Below are positions 39,003 to 53,400 of a stretch of 64,000 nt of DNA, in pieces. The DNA is from Botryllus schlosseri (lineage: Eukaryota). Position numbers and translations under genes: made by a program. Every line of letters begins with the position of its first letter. The first letter of the stretch is position 1. The notes below the pieces were generated by a model that saw only the letters and a list, made by a program, of their open reading frames with translations, was not told where the DNA came from and did not search any database. The DNA is taken from positions 25,110,001-25,174,000 of the forward strand of contig CM119375.1 in assembly GCA_051294905.1 (NCBI GenBank), written 5' to 3'.

Positions 39003-40472
39003 CAGAGATGAGTAGGGATTAGGATTTGGGAAAACTGGATTCATGAAATTTTGTCGGATTAAGATTGGATTATGATTTGAGATTTGAGATTACGATTAGT
39101 ATTGGATTTCCCGATTTTCGGGGTCCTGTGGGAAATGGCGACCAAGTTTTTCGTCCTACCACGATTTTACATAGTTTGCAAAGTTATTACTTCCTGTACT
39201 TTCGCACTCATTCAGCCTCTCATTTCCTCTTACAGAAATATATAGGCAGAAGATGCAGTTTGTAGGCTATAGCTCAGGGCCAGCCAATCCGTGGCCCGCG
39301 GGCCACATGTGGCCCTCGAGAAGGTTTTGAGTGGCCCGCGAGGTCATTTCCGAAATTTCTAATATCATCAAAAATGGATTGCACAGATTGTGAACTTGCA
39401 AGGCTAAACAAAAATTTGTTTAGTCTGGCCGCAACACTTGAGATGCGATGACTAAAATATCAGTTCCGACGCATTGACAGATCCATCAGCCATTCACATA
39501 TTGTTATATCTTCGTACACTACAATAAAGCAGAATAATTTGCGGTAGATTTATCAAAAGTAAAAATTTTCTACAAGATTGGCGCAACATGTTGTCACTCG
39601 ATTTCTTGTTTTCATTATTGTTGCCCTTTTGTGAAAATGGAAGAACACCTAATGTATCAGATTGAATCTAACTATATTCGCGATTACGAGACAAAATGTC
39701 GTTCAACATATGCGACATTGGTTCTGACCCACTTCTACGTGTCGGAGGTTTCTCTGGGCTCCTCATCGCCGACCTCACTGCAACGGCAGTGCATTGAAAA
39801 GCCCAGACTGAAAGTGAGCCGTGCTACAAGTCGGGAGCAAAGACCTCGACGGGAGCGCTTGGGAGCGAGAGAGAATGAAGAATGACTGCGAGAGAGATTG
39901 AAAGACGTTCCCAAGAATACTAAAAGCAAAGACCTCTGAACATTATCAAATTCGTGTCATGGAGCACAAGGCCTAAAAGGCAATAAGCTCCACTGTGTTG
40001 TACCCAATAATACATACATACATACATATGCGACATTGCGTTTGCGCTCGCAGTAAGACCATCGACTATGAAACCTAGGCACGAAATGATAGACGCATGT
40101 TGGTCGCATCTTTCGATATCGATATGTCCAAGCGCCAAATAGCCCAGTCCTCGAAAAATTAGCCCAGCGATATACAGCAGGCCCACAATATATTCAAATG
40201 ACAATATTATTGACCTATGAACTTCAAAAAAATTTCGCGCTTCGCGCGGCTAGTGGCCCGCGCAATAATTCGTCAATCGAATGTGGCCCGTTCGCTGAAA
40301 GGTTGGCCAGCCCTGCTATAGCTTCTGAAGTGGAATTGCAAGTTTGAATCGGATTAGGATTACGATTAGGATTTGAATTTACAAACGTTATGGATTAGGA
40401 TTAGGACTGGGATTTGAAGCTACAGATTTGAATTGGATTAGGACTTAGAAATTTCAAATCCACTCCTCTCTG
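39003..40472. mobile_element. hAT-type MITE with GGATT(A/T)G subterminal repeats, host to a nested element
   Basis: Ends CAGAGATGAGTAG / CCACTCCTCTCTG. Degenerate TSD CTTTGTAC / TCTTGTAC. Confidence 0.7.
39275..40315. mobile_element. Nested Charlie/Buster-like MITE
   Basis: TIR CAGGGCCAGCCAAT / GGTTGGCCAGCCCTG, perfect TSD CTATAGCT and TGGCCCG subterminal repeats. Confidence 0.9.
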
Positions 40473-42120
40473 TCTTGTACTACATGTTTCGTATTCATCG
40501 ATGCGAACAATCGAGGTTTCAAGGCTTCCGCCGTGGAAATAGTATCTCAAAACCATATTTTGTCGTCGATAAATTCACTGTTAGTGGCTGGGTTCCATGC
40601 TCGGAAAATCATCTTTAACTATTCGACTCGGATCACTAGAATTATTACTCGATTCAGATTAACGTACTCGAATCATTGTGCCAAGCCTAATCTCCAAAAC
40701 ACACTCACTCGATATTTGAGACATGAGGTTCTTGAATGTAGACTGGCATTTGCGCAGATCATCTTCACCTGAAATGAAAGTTCGGGTTTGATTCGCTTCG
40801 GGCTATACGCTTCGACAAACACATTCGCACACCTGTGGGTAAACACTTCCCACCAAGAATCAACGCTATGATACTAAACAGCAGCAATAATGTCGGCTTT
40901 ATTGTCATTTCGTGTTGCGAACTGCCTACTGTTGAACGTTCTGACTCGGAAATGGCAGTATATAGCGATCGAATGAATGCGAGATATAAAATTGGTTGTA
41001 ATTACGAGCGAACGCCCAGAGGCTTCTGACGATCGAGCGATAAACCGCGTCTCACGTAACGTGTATTATTAGAAGCGATTTTATTTCTCCGTCAGCAGAT
41101 AAGCCGTACGCAGCTGTCAAGAGTAAAGCCTGACTGATACTAATAAAACCAATCACTAGCACCTTTACTTATTACCCCGATCTATTCAGCCAATATTCAA
41201 AATATATGACATCTCGCATTTAAAAAACTTAGCAGTATTTATTTGAAGAGCTTCACGGCCATTGCTATGATTGAACATGAAACTAATTAGAGAGGTTGCA
41301 TCTGGACGCCTGTAAGCAGAGGGTGTGAGTATCGATGTACTCCTGTTTCGTTTAAGTACTTAAGTAGTATTTGACTACGTGTGCTAATTGCTTAACAGTT
41401 TAGACTTCTAGTTTTACTTCACAGTTTTTGATATTATTAGACATAACGAGACTGAAAATACTTACTTTTAATTTAAGTCCTAATTGCTACTACTATACTT
41501 GCACTGGATTCTATAAATGTATATATACTTATACTGGAGTACCGACGATGACAACTTTATCATGCCCGGCCTGAAAACTTTTGGTCGAATCTTGGATTCT
41601 GCCTTGGATTCGAGTCTCTTGAACTTCAAAATATCTTATTTGGGTATTCTCATGTACATTGTGTATTGTATATCATATCTGCACGGCATTCTGCGTAAAC
41701 AAACGAGGCTACTCTCGAACGAATGTCTCTGGAGCACGAAAAAAAAATCAAATTCTGTCTGTTGCTTGTCGAGATATTCGTAAAATCGAACTTGGTAATT
41801 GCGCTGACGCACACTGCGTCGGATTGACGCAGTCGCGCTCGTACGTCGTCAACAACTTTTCTTCGCGAAAGATTTTACATTTGATGTTCGATGTGATCTT
41901 ATAAACGGCGATGTAATGAACAGATAGGACTTTGAAACGACCAAGTACGGTTTCTCGATTAAACTATCGATAACCAGCCTACGAATAAATGCAAATTACG
42001 TGACTTCACGGTTGGGTAAAAATATAAGGCTAGAAATTTAGGTAGCTTCGTAAACAGATAAGTTATGTTATAAATTGTAAGTCGCGCGTAAAATTTACTA
42101 AGAGACCGGTCTTAAACCTC

Positions 42121-44229
42121 ATCTAATGTTATCATATGAATGGAAAAAAGATGTCTGAAACATCATTCCTGCCCTGGTCCGATAAATATTGAGGTACTGC
42201 GAGTCGTGTGCATATTGTTTGGGGATCTCTATACATCATTTAATGTTATATTATGAATGATAAAAAAAGATTGCCGAATCATCATTTCCGCCCTGGTCCG
42301 ATAAATATTGAGATTGATGTACTGCGAGTCGTGTACATAATGTTTGGTGACCTTTACACATTATTTAATGTTATCTTATGAATGAAAAAAAAGTTGCCGA
42401 AACATCATTCCCGCCCTGGTCCGATAAATACTGAGAATGAGGTACTGCAAGTCGTGTGCATAGTGTTTGGGGACATCTATACATCAGTTAATGTTATAAT
42501 ATGAATGAAAAAAAAAGATTGCCGAAACATCATTCCCGCCCTGGTCCGATAATTACTGAGAATGAGGTACTGCGCGTCGTGTGCATAGTGTTTGGGGACC
42601 TCCATACATCATTCAATATTATAATATGAATGAAAAAAAAAGATTGCCGAATCATCATTCCCTCCCTGGTCCGATAAATATTGAGAATGAGGTACTGCGA
42701 GTCGTGTACATAATGTTTGGTGACCTTTACACATCATTTAATGTTATAATATTAATGAAAAATAAAGATGGCCGAAACATCATTTCGGCCCTGGTCCGAT
42801 AAATATCGAGAATGAGGTACTGCGAGTCGTGTAAATAATGTTTGGTGACCTTTACACATCATTTAATGTTATATTATTAATGAAAAATAAAGATGGCCGA
42901 AACATCATTTCGGCCCTGGTCCGATAAATATCGAGAATGAGGTACTGCGTGTCGTGTACATAATGTTTGGTGACCTTTACACATCATTTAATGTTATATT
43001 ATTAATGAAAAATAAAGATGGCCGAAACATCATTTCGGCCCTGGTCCGATGAATATCGAGAATGAGGTACTGCGAGTCGTGTACATAATGTTTGGTGACC
43101 TTTACACATCATTTAATGTTATATTATTAATGAAAAATAAAGATGGCCGAAACATCATTTCGGCCCTGGTCCGATAAATATCGAGAATGAGGTACTGCGA
43201 GTCGTGTACATAATGTTTGGTGACCTTTACACATCATTTAATGTTATATTATTAATGAAAAATAAAGATGGCCGAAACATCATTTCGGCCCTGGTCCGAT
43301 AAATATCGAGAATGAGGTACTGCGAGTCGTGTACATAATGTTTGGTGACCTTTACACATCATTTAATGTTATATTAATAATGAAAAATAAAGATGGCCGA
43401 AACATCATCTCGGCCCTGGTCCGATAAATATCGAGAATGAGGTACTGCGAGTCGTGTACATAATGTTTGGTGACCTTTACACATCATTTAATGTTATATT
43501 ATTAATGAAAAATAAAGATGGCCGAAACATCATTTCGGCCCTGGTCCGATAAATATCGAGAATGAGGTACTGCGAGTCGTGTACATAATGTTTGGTGACC
43601 TTTACACATCATTTAATGTTATATTATTAATGAAAAATAAAGATGGCCGAAACATCATTTCGGCCCTGGTCCGATAAATATCGAGAATGAGGTACTGCGA
43701 GTCGTGTACATAATGTTTGGTGACCTTTACACATCATTTAATGTTATATTATTAATGAAAAATAAAGATGGCCGAAACATCATTTCGGCCCTGGTCCGAT
43801 AAATATCGAGAATGAGGTACTGCGAGTCGTGTACATAATGTTTGGTGACCTTCACACATCATTTAATGTTATATTATTAATGAAAAATAAAGATGGCCGA
43901 AACATCATTTCGGCCCTGGTCCGACAAATATCGAGAATGAGGTACTGCGAGTCGTGTACATAATGTTTGGTGACCTTTACACATCATTTAATGTTATATT
44001 ATTAATGAAAAATAAAGATGGCCGAAACATCATTTCGGCCCTGGTCCGATAAATATCGAGAATGAGGTTCTGCGAGTCGTGTACATAATGTTTGGTGACC
44101 TTTACACATCATTTAATGTTATATTATTAATGAAAAATAAAGATGGCCGAAACATCATTTCGGCCCTGGTCCGATAAATATCGAGAATGAGGTACTGCGA
44201 GTCGTGTACATAATGTTTGGTGACCTTTA
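42121..44229. repeat. 125-bp tandem satellite, about 17 units
   Basis: Landmark CCCTGGTCCGA occurs at 42172, 42291, 42414, 42539, 42664 and then every 125 bp to 44164. Confidence 0.97.
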
Positions 44230-44990
44230 AACGAGAGTAACTCTCGCATTAAATCCGAAAATACAATTTTTAATTTCATCAGGACACTGCAACTACCCAA
44301 AATTACATAATAGGAAATTCATAAGCATTGTCTCCCTAACTTTTTTCTCGCGACACAATTGTAAATACTTGTTTGACTTACGTCGCACCACTAACAGTAG
44401 CTTTTACAATAAATTTTTGTCTCACGAGCGGCCGTGAATTAATATTTGCGCACTATAATTATTACGTAATCAAAAGTCTGGTTTGAAAGCGGGTGTAATT
44501 GCAGGCTGGCATATAGAGTGCATCAGAATGTCTAAGCCTGCGACACGCGCTAATGATGACTTCAATATGACGTTCAGCGTCCTTTCTCTGAACAATCATC
44601 ACATTTTCTTTATAACGGTTCGATTAGTACGAGGCACGAATATGCTATAGTAGTAAATATCATCATCATAAACTCACATTTGCAAGTTACTGTTATTGCT
44701 AACTTTTCGCTTTTAAGGGCTCTTAAGGCAGAAACGCAAATCGGAGTTTTAGTTGAATCTCGTGACCCAATCTTCACAATTCGAAAAGGATGCATTTTCA
44801 ATGCCAGTATGCCTCGTTTGTACGGGCATATAACCTATGACATAGAGAACTCTCAGATAACCCAACAGTTGCTCGCAACTCAATTCCACGCACCATGTCA
44901 TAAGACGAATTTAAATCGTCGTGCATTATTTTCTCTGTGGGTCGCATTTGTACTGCTCAGATTGCAAGGACAAAGATATTGGGTGCCGAC

Positions 44991-45547
44991 CAGGTTTGTA
45001 ATTACTCGAGTCACGACTCGACTCGAGTTTGACTCAAGTCACGATTTTCTGATGACTCGACTCGACTCGTGTCAATCTGTGTATTGACTCAACTTGGACG
45101 CAAGTCATTGCGCATGACGCTTACCAAGTCATATGACTCGAGACTCAGACGACCAATATCGACATTTCATTGAAATTTCGAAGAATAGTAGAGTAACCCC
45201 ACTATGCGATTTCGTCTATTGGTACTGGTACTTGAAAATGCGACGAGAAACTGCCAAAAGTGAGGAAAATTAGTATATTATGAATGCGAACCATTCGATA
45301 TCACCAAATAAAGTTATAAAAAGTTGGTTTAACAAGACTTTAACTGGGAACTGAGCAGTCAACACAATGACTTGAACTCGGACTCGAGTCACAATACCAT
45401 GTCTCGGACTCGACCCTCTGCTCGCGATGACTTGGACTCGGACTTGACTCGGTGGTGAATTGAAAATGATTCGACTTGACTCGAGTCAAAACTATAAAAG
45501 TGAGATTAACTTGCGACTCGGAGCTTTGTGACTTGGTTGCAACCCTG
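44991..45547. mobile_element. hAT-type MITE with GACTC/GAGTC subterminal repeats
   Basis: Ends CAGGTTTGTAA / TTGCAACCCTG. TSD GTGCCGAC / GTGTTGAC (6 of 8). Confidence 0.75.
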
Positions 45548-46926
45548 GTGTTGACCCTTTCGACAGCCTGACATATCAGTTTCGAAGGTTTGGGCCAATG
45601 AGCGATCTTTTTGAAACCGCACTTTGCCCAGCCGTGTATGTTGGCCCAAACTTCATGTCTTCATATGTCCCGGACATGGACGGACATGACATAGGCCAAC
45701 ATGTGTCTGATAGTCCTACACCATCTCGTTGCACGCCTCTTGCGTATAGCATAGCAACGGTCTGCGGAGGTGATAGACGTTGCTAGGAGTGTGCAGTTCT
45801 TTCAAAATTTCGATTACAGTTACATTGATTTCTGAAAATTAGCCGTGTTCAAAATAAATGAGGTGCGGTAGTTAGGCCCCGCTTTTCCCTATCACTACCC
45901 TGTCCGAATAATATCCACTCCAGGTAGAGCTGTCCAGTGAAACAATGTCGGAAATCTTACTATAACATAAAATAAATTTGTTTAATACAAGGTTCGGCAC
46001 ATTTTCATGATCAAGTCATATCATCGTAACCACTTTTCTCCGTTTCATTTTTGGCGACGGTACCCAACACTCTTTGACATTATGGCATATCCACAGTGGA
46101 ACGCGAGAAGCGCGAATAATTCTTTTGTTGCAAGAAATTCAAAAAATATTACTTGGATATTAAATGACATAAGTATTCACGGGTCCTCGCATTTAAGAAG
46201 AGCATCAAGACGAACCTACGACCTCCTATAACTAACGAAAGTCTCAAATTTCGAATGAAGCTTAACCTCAACAATTTTATCAATCAGACTACAAAGCCAG
46301 CAGGAATACGATGCAACCATTGCAACGAAACACCTAAACCGCATTAACCGTAAAAAAGGTGTACAAAGTAGATTTATACTTTTAATATTGGCTACGTCTG
46401 TTGGAAATCTGAATGTTAAAGTTTAAAAAAATATCATATGCCTCTCAGTGACTTGCAAACGATCTATGTAACTCAAATTTCGCATACTCATTACTCAAAT
46501 AAGGCAACCTGCATGATTAGTACGAGTTTTAACATAGCGAATACGATGCAAACGATGAATCATGTCGTGATTTCGAATTTGCGGTACCATGATGTCACGA
46601 TTTTCTGACTGTGACGTAGAAGTTGATTGACATGTATGGCTCTTAGGGAGTTAACATGGAAAATATAGGGTCAATATGGCTCTTCGGACGAAAAACGTTC
46701 ACGACCCTTGGTCTATAGTGCGATCGCGACCCAAATTTATACCCGGGTTTTGCCACTCGGATATCATGTCTTTGGTGAGTTCGTTCTCTGTTCCGCCACT
46801 GGGACATCATGTATGGGTAGATACGGTGTTGGATAACAAAATTCCGTACTATATATATCTGCATGATGGCATCTGACCGTGTACCAAGTTTCAAGGCTGT
46901 GACTCAATAAGTACAGCAGTAAGTAC

Positions 46927-47067
46927 GCTATGAAAGTCGAGTATCCAGGGTTTGCGTACGCTGATGTGGCATTGAGCCGACCGCATGAAGGATTTTTCGA
47001 AGAATTTGAATACTTCTTTTCCATATGGAACACGGTTGAACTCAGCAAAGACCAATAGCGACCTTGC
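46927..47067 (-). CDS. Candidate coding exon of unknown affiliation
   Basis: 47 open codons between AG and GT (ARSLLVFAEFNRVPYGKEVFKFFEKSFMRSAQCHISVRKPWILDFHS), phase 0-0. The acceptor is weak and no motif is recognised. Confidence 0.25.
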
Positions 47068-47731
47068 CTTTAATTACTGCTGCTGACGGATCGACAATAA
47101 CAAAGTAATCAAAGTCATCTGGGCGTGACAGTCACGTGATTTCCCTAGAGTTCACACCACCTTGAGTAAACGCTGGTTTTTGCGACCTTCGTAGCTTACA
47201 CGCGACGCCCTAACATGCTTTTCAGGCTACCTAATTGGCTACTTTGCAGCATCACCGTATATGTAAAAATACTTGGAGCAAATCTGTCATGTCTTCAAAT
47301 TGCTTCAAAGATTGTCAAGATTTGTGGACAAGATGTGTGTGGCAAATCAAACACAGATCAATACCGAGTATGCTCGTTCTCTTTCGCTACCTGGATTCGC
47401 GAGTTGCCACAGATGATGATTTGGCTGATGGATCCGCTTCTTGTCGTAACCACACCCGTTTATTTGACCTGAAACCACATTTGGTATGAAATCGATATTG
47501 CGCACGACTAGCTGTGTTCTAAGGTGACAGACCGCCCTGCGCTCTAATCTCAATGACCTTATTAAAACCGAAAGGTAAATCCAATCACCGAATACATGAA
47601 CTGAATTATGTATGTAAGCAATTATGCATTGCCTTACAAAATAAAGGATTCATAATATATATTACAATATAGCAGTTAATCATTTCAGCCAAAGCAGTTT
47701 ATCATTTCATTTGATACTGTATACATATAGC

Positions 47732-48214
47732 TAGGGTTGAATTTAAAACAAAAATCATTCAAAAACAATAATGTTTAAAACAAGGCCCTTGTTTAAAACA
47801 TTTTAAAGCCATTACGTCACGAATATTCAATTGTTAAGTCATAGTGGATTGACATTGGCAATTGAAATTATAGGGTAAATGTAGCTCCTTTGACGAAATA
47901 GGCTTCAAATCCCGGCCACGGACCAAAAATATCTTCACGGACGCAAGGATCAAAAATATCTTCAACCAGGACTACATCGTCATGCAGCATTTTTACGGTC
48001 GGCGGTCATCATCATCAACTGTTCAACCGACCATTTCGAGGGTTTATTCATGCCATATCGTAAGCGCATACAACATGCTTATGGAAAGTATTTACACAAT
48101 TATGGCATAATCATACAACTTGAAAAACCACAATTTAATTTTAAAAAGGCCTTTTTTTAAAAACTTGTTCAAACAAAGTGTTTTAAACAACCATTTGTTT
48201 TAAATGCAACCCTA
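47732..48214. mobile_element. Diverged, opposite-orientation relative of the 1866-2282 MITE
   Basis: TIR TAGGGTTGAATTTAAAACAAA / TTTGTTTTAAATGCAACCCTA. The interior matches the reverse complement of 1866-2282. No TSD match. Confidence 0.7.
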
Positions 48215-50489
48215 TACGGAGCACTATATCTGCGAAGAGGTGATGAGTATGTTTTGCTTATTTTGACATGCCGCGTAAACAGTGGTTATACAATTATTAA
48301 TCAATCCTCAGGAAATGATAAATTTTTGAGGCCAACCTCGTCTCTCTGCATATGATGCGAACTCGGCCAATCGAATGTAAAGGTCTGTATAGCTTGCTAA
48401 AATATACGATACTATAGTTGGTATTAATTACTAGAATCAGCGTGATGCAGTTCAATCTGTGCATCTTAGAAATTACATTTGTTAAATAATGAGCGAATGA
48501 AATTAATTAATTTCTGGGAGATCTCAAATAGTCCACCTTCTTCTCGATTATATCCCTCACGACCTGAAAATGGAATGATTGTCAAGCGTTACTCAGGTGT
48601 GCCCAAGAACAAAACGAAGAGGTCTTTAAGTATAGGCCTATGTATAGAATACATTGTATCGAGCATGACTCGTTTATATACGGAAAGTTCGTTCCTTGTT
48701 CGTTGTTCATTGTTCGAAGTTGGTTCAGCATTGTGTTCAGCATCATTGTTTATGTAATTATTGCGCTGCCTTATATTGCGTCCGCTGTCGTGGGTATGGT
48801 CATTCCTAATTTGCCGAGACGCTGATAGGTTGTACGTCTCTCTAATATTAAAGTAGTGTTATACTCAGCGTTCTGCGTTCCTGGTCATTAGATATAGGGT
48901 CTAAGTCGGGACAGTTGGAAAAGACGAAAATAACCGTCCTTGATCGCGTGTTTGGACAGGAGTTATGTTGCTCCAAGTATCAAGGTGTAGTATATTTGTG
49001 AAATCGTGCAGAGAATTCCTAGCCCAATAGGAGGAGTGGGCCTAATGCCTTGAAGCACAATTCTTGTAATGCAGTATGGCGTTATCTTGCTCTAATGTCC
49101 AAGTTCGGTATCCTACAGCTCGAATTTCTTCATGCACACAGCTACGTCGATAGCGATTGTTACGAAATGGTAATTCTGATCAGTTAGACTTTCGAAGCTG
49201 ATGCCGAATTGGTGACCTGTGGAATGTCCATAGGAGGCCCATTGGCTCATAAACTAGACCTAGGCAACACTGAATAAAAGCATCGCGACTAAGTATTTAC
49301 TTATACATGGATACTTTAGAATTCCAATAGTATCCCGAGAAAACTATATTTGGAAACCACAATCTTCGAGCTATTTTCCAACATATTGAAACAAACGGAA
49401 TATAAAAATTAATGGTCAGATTGAAAAGGCACCATGTCTCCACGACGAAGCCTAAATTATTTTACTCAGATGCCACTGAATACTATCATGGCCATCAGAA
49501 CCGTCGACACCGATTTAGTCTTATCAACTCGTTTTCACTTTTACTAAATTAATATCGAACATACAGTGATCGGATTATGGCAGGAGTGTTATACGTACGG
49601 TCCGCTATCTGGCCTGCAAAGCAATTCTTAGTACACTAAAAAATACTCGTCACATCGACCACATTTGTATCAAATGTTGAGATGAAATATTTCTGTAAGA
49701 AAGACTGCCAATAAATAACCCCCAAGACAGCAAATGTCGTACACTTTCATAGGCCACTCTATGAGCAGACAACTGAGATGTTGCGGTTTCACTTTAGTTA
49801 CCGTAGGATCCAGTCGGTGACATTGACACCCAATTTCAAGAGGACAGAAAAGGGGACTGCACACTCATTTGAGAGCTTCATGGGAAATATTATAATGTAA
49901 TATACTACAAAACTACAGTGTTATGAATAAACGTTTGAAAACGAGGTATTCAAGTGAATATCAAGAGCAGAAGGTTCCATTTTGAATCATTGGACTTTGA
50001 CTTGTCCGGCCCGGGAGCGAGCAAAAGGTTACAATTCGCCTTCGAGGCAATTTAATTTTGACATCACTGATTGATAGACTTCTTGTATCCTCAGGAAAAA
50101 TAATACCGATTCATCAATCGGAGTATGGATGACGGTTCCAATATTTCGCGTGTGGGATACACTAGTTCCGTCAGTACGGTAGCCTATTACTGCAATAGAC
50201 TAGCCGATGTTTTGTATAATTATCGAAGCAGCAAGAAATTTTCCCGGCAGATTATATCAATGTATTGGATAAAAGCACAGTGTCGATGTATAGGACTATG
50301 ACAAGGCAAGTCGAGAGCCATGATAATGTAATATAGTCACCATTGAAGTCATGGTTTGACACAAGATTTTACACAGTTCATTTTTAAATGGATTGCGTAA
50401 GAAGGCATCTAACCAAAAAGAAAAATGTTTCGCCCCTGCACAACGCCCTCTATCGACCAGCTGGTCTAACAATTTGTCAGGAAGAGTAT

Positions 50490-53400
50490 TAGGGTTGTTC
50501 AGAATTAATCGACTTTCAAGAAGTCATGGTTTTCGGTCTGTTTCCCGTGCGTTATGCCTTACAAACACATTCTAGCTACTTTTTCTGTAACTCATCCCTT
50601 GCATCTGTGTGCAGGGCTCTTCAAAAATGACTTTTTTTCTCAAATCGTACTGGCTACTTGATAAGATTGTTAGGTTACCTAATTTAAGCCTACACACAAA
50701 ATTTGGTTCAATTCAAGCCAGTAACCGCTTTGCTACAGAAGAAGAAAGTTTCTATTTATTATATAAAATACATACAAAAGAAAATTTGAAAATTTTCCGT
50801 TCACCCCATGAAAGTGTTAGGCTGTCTATAGAAACAATGGTCACCATATTTGGTTCAATTCCAACCTGTGGAAGCGGAGTTATTGCCTCCGAAAAATTTG
50901 GATTTGAATAAAATAGTATTTACGGTGACCGTGTCTTTGTTTATTTATTATAGTTGTGCTCACCGTAAATACTATTTTATTCAAATCAAAACTTTTCGAC
51001 AGCAATAACTCCGCTTCTTCTGGCTGGAATTGAATCTAATTTGGTGAGGATTGTTTCTATAGAAAGCCTAACACTTTCATGGGGTGAACAGAAAATTTTC
51101 AAATTTTTTATTATTTGTTTTTATATAACACTGGTCAACACATGTTTTTAGGCAGACAAAGTAAGAGTGGTTTTGGGGGTTCTGAAGGACACTGATTCCG
51201 AATATGACCTTAGTTCTTTCAAATTGGCTCTTGTTGTGGAGATAACCCATGGGGCTAATTTGACCAAAATCTCCCATTTTCGCGGTAATGGCTAGATGTA
51301 AAATCGGCTTAGTGGTACTATAAAGTTTAAAAATTCAATCTACTTGTTATTTTTACACACAGAAGACGATATTAAATCAAAATAGAGCAACAGCACTATA
51401 TTTTTGGGATATTAGATTTATCATAGTTACAGACTTTCACGAATATGATGTACATAAATAAACTCCAGTCATGTATAGACGTATTTATCTAGATACTCAA
51501 ATAACGTGGCATTAATTCAATCAGTTTTACGTCAACCACCTATTGTAAATTTAAAATAATCAGTTGGAATACAATATTATTGATATATTTTGAATCGAAA
51601 TTGTTTTTTTTTGTGCGATTTTCGCCTGTAAGCTATTTAGTGCAGTTTCTCGAAATGTTCCGGCAACGGTCTGACATAATATTATCAATAGTTCATCTCA
51701 TCTGCACTGGTATCTTTCTATTGTTATTCTGATGTCTTGTTAGAACCTCTTTCCTTGCTAATCAACATGATGATCGGGAAATATATCAAGATGACTGAAC
51801 ATGAAGTGAACTTTTATGCTCATGTTTGTTCCTAGTTTTCGATATGCAGATACGAATTTTCGGACCAACTGTTTGTAGTTGAGTGCTTTGTTGTCAGCTA
51901 AAACGTTTTATTTACTACATTTTAGTAGAAATTACATGCTGTGAACTCCTCCTAATGTGAAATTGGAATCTTTCAGCGATATTCGAATATACCAGATACC
52001 AGATTTAAGCTTCTCGTTTGATAGGGTTACTAGGTATACCCACTTCGTTGACTCAGTGGAAAATTATTCATTTACAAGTCAAAAGAAATGAGACACATAT
52101 AAGTATTGAAGTTAAGCCTTTCAAGGACAAAGTTTATAGTTTTATACTCTCTTTAGTCTTGGTGGAATGACCAATTGATACAGGAGAAGACGAACTTCCG
52201 TTTTGGAAAAGTACAATTTTTAGGCCTGACAAACTGCTTTTTTGACAAACAAATATTTCGCATCATGCCATGTTAATATTGATAGAATGACTGAGAATGA
52301 CATGAGGGTTCTTCATAGTCAATTAACCATTTATGCGCAGTATAAATCTTGACAAAAATACGATTTTCTTCCCACCAAGTGAAATATTTAAGGGTAAATA
52401 CAGTAATTTGTTTTTTTTAGGAGTATAAATATCTTCTGACAGAGATCCAATCTGACAAAACTAATGTGATATTCGTAATCAGCAACCTCGAAATCCCCAT
52501 AACGGCTCTCAGATTTTCTGCCTAATTTTTTTTTTTCATTTTGTTGACCAGTGTAATAAATAGAAACTTTCTTCTCCTGTAGCAAAGCGGTTACTGGCTG
52601 GAATATTGAACCAAATTTTGTGTGTATAGGCTTAAATTAGGTAACCTAACAATTTTATCCGGTAGCCAGTACGATTTGAGAAAAAAAGTAATTTTTGAAG
52701 AGCCATAGTGTGCATGTTGTGCTGAAAGAATATCGGCTACAAATGGGGTTTTCCCCTAAAATTTGAGTACCTCGATCTTACACCTAGCCTATTAAAATTC
52801 CCTATATGTCAGGCTTTAAGCAGCTTTTGTTGTTTTGGGTGATGTAAAACCTCACCGTAGATATTTTCCTGAGTTCAGGACACCATTTCCAAATTGCAAA
52901 TTTCCTTGAAAATCGTTCCTAAAACTGAGCATCATTTTGTACGATTCACCATATAACCGAATACAACTATAAAACACCATCCAATCGCACAGCGATCTTG
53001 TAAATGTCTTATTATTTAACAAAACGTAAGAACGTAACAGGGGAATGGATACAGAAGGAAAGCAACGTAACAAAGAAATGGATTGATTTGACAAAAATTC
53101 AATACAATCAGATTGATGGGTTTGATCTGCATGAGCAGATATTGATGAGTTCTCTGCATGTTTACCTGACCACTTGCTGCTGCTGTGCTCTAGCAGTTCA
53201 GTCTTTTTTTGTTGTTGTCCGAGTTTACCTAACAATTCTTTATCTTCGACACCAATCGTTCCTAATCTGGGACCATCATAAAATGATATGCCTTCAAATT
53301 TATTTATCATCTGCAAAAAGCCTGTTTGCATCAACTGTCCCAGGCCGGGGATATGTGGAAAAACATCACGAAGTGATTTTATAGCTGCCTTGTGTAAGCT

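Noticed and set aside
40340-40445. TTAGG-containing repeats as interstitial telomere
   Set aside because: Irregular GGATT(A/T)G units are mirrored at 39015-39110 and serve as MITE subterminal repeats.
42121-44229. 125-bp array as a CRISPR array or hammerhead-ribozyme satellite
   Set aside because: Whole units repeat with no unique spacers, there are no cas genes, and no CTGATGA core was found on either strand of the unit.
49670-49864. SAHRVAY motif as an HNH-type endonuclease remnant
   Set aside because: Only a few residues match, the Cys/His zinc loop is missing and the frame has stops.
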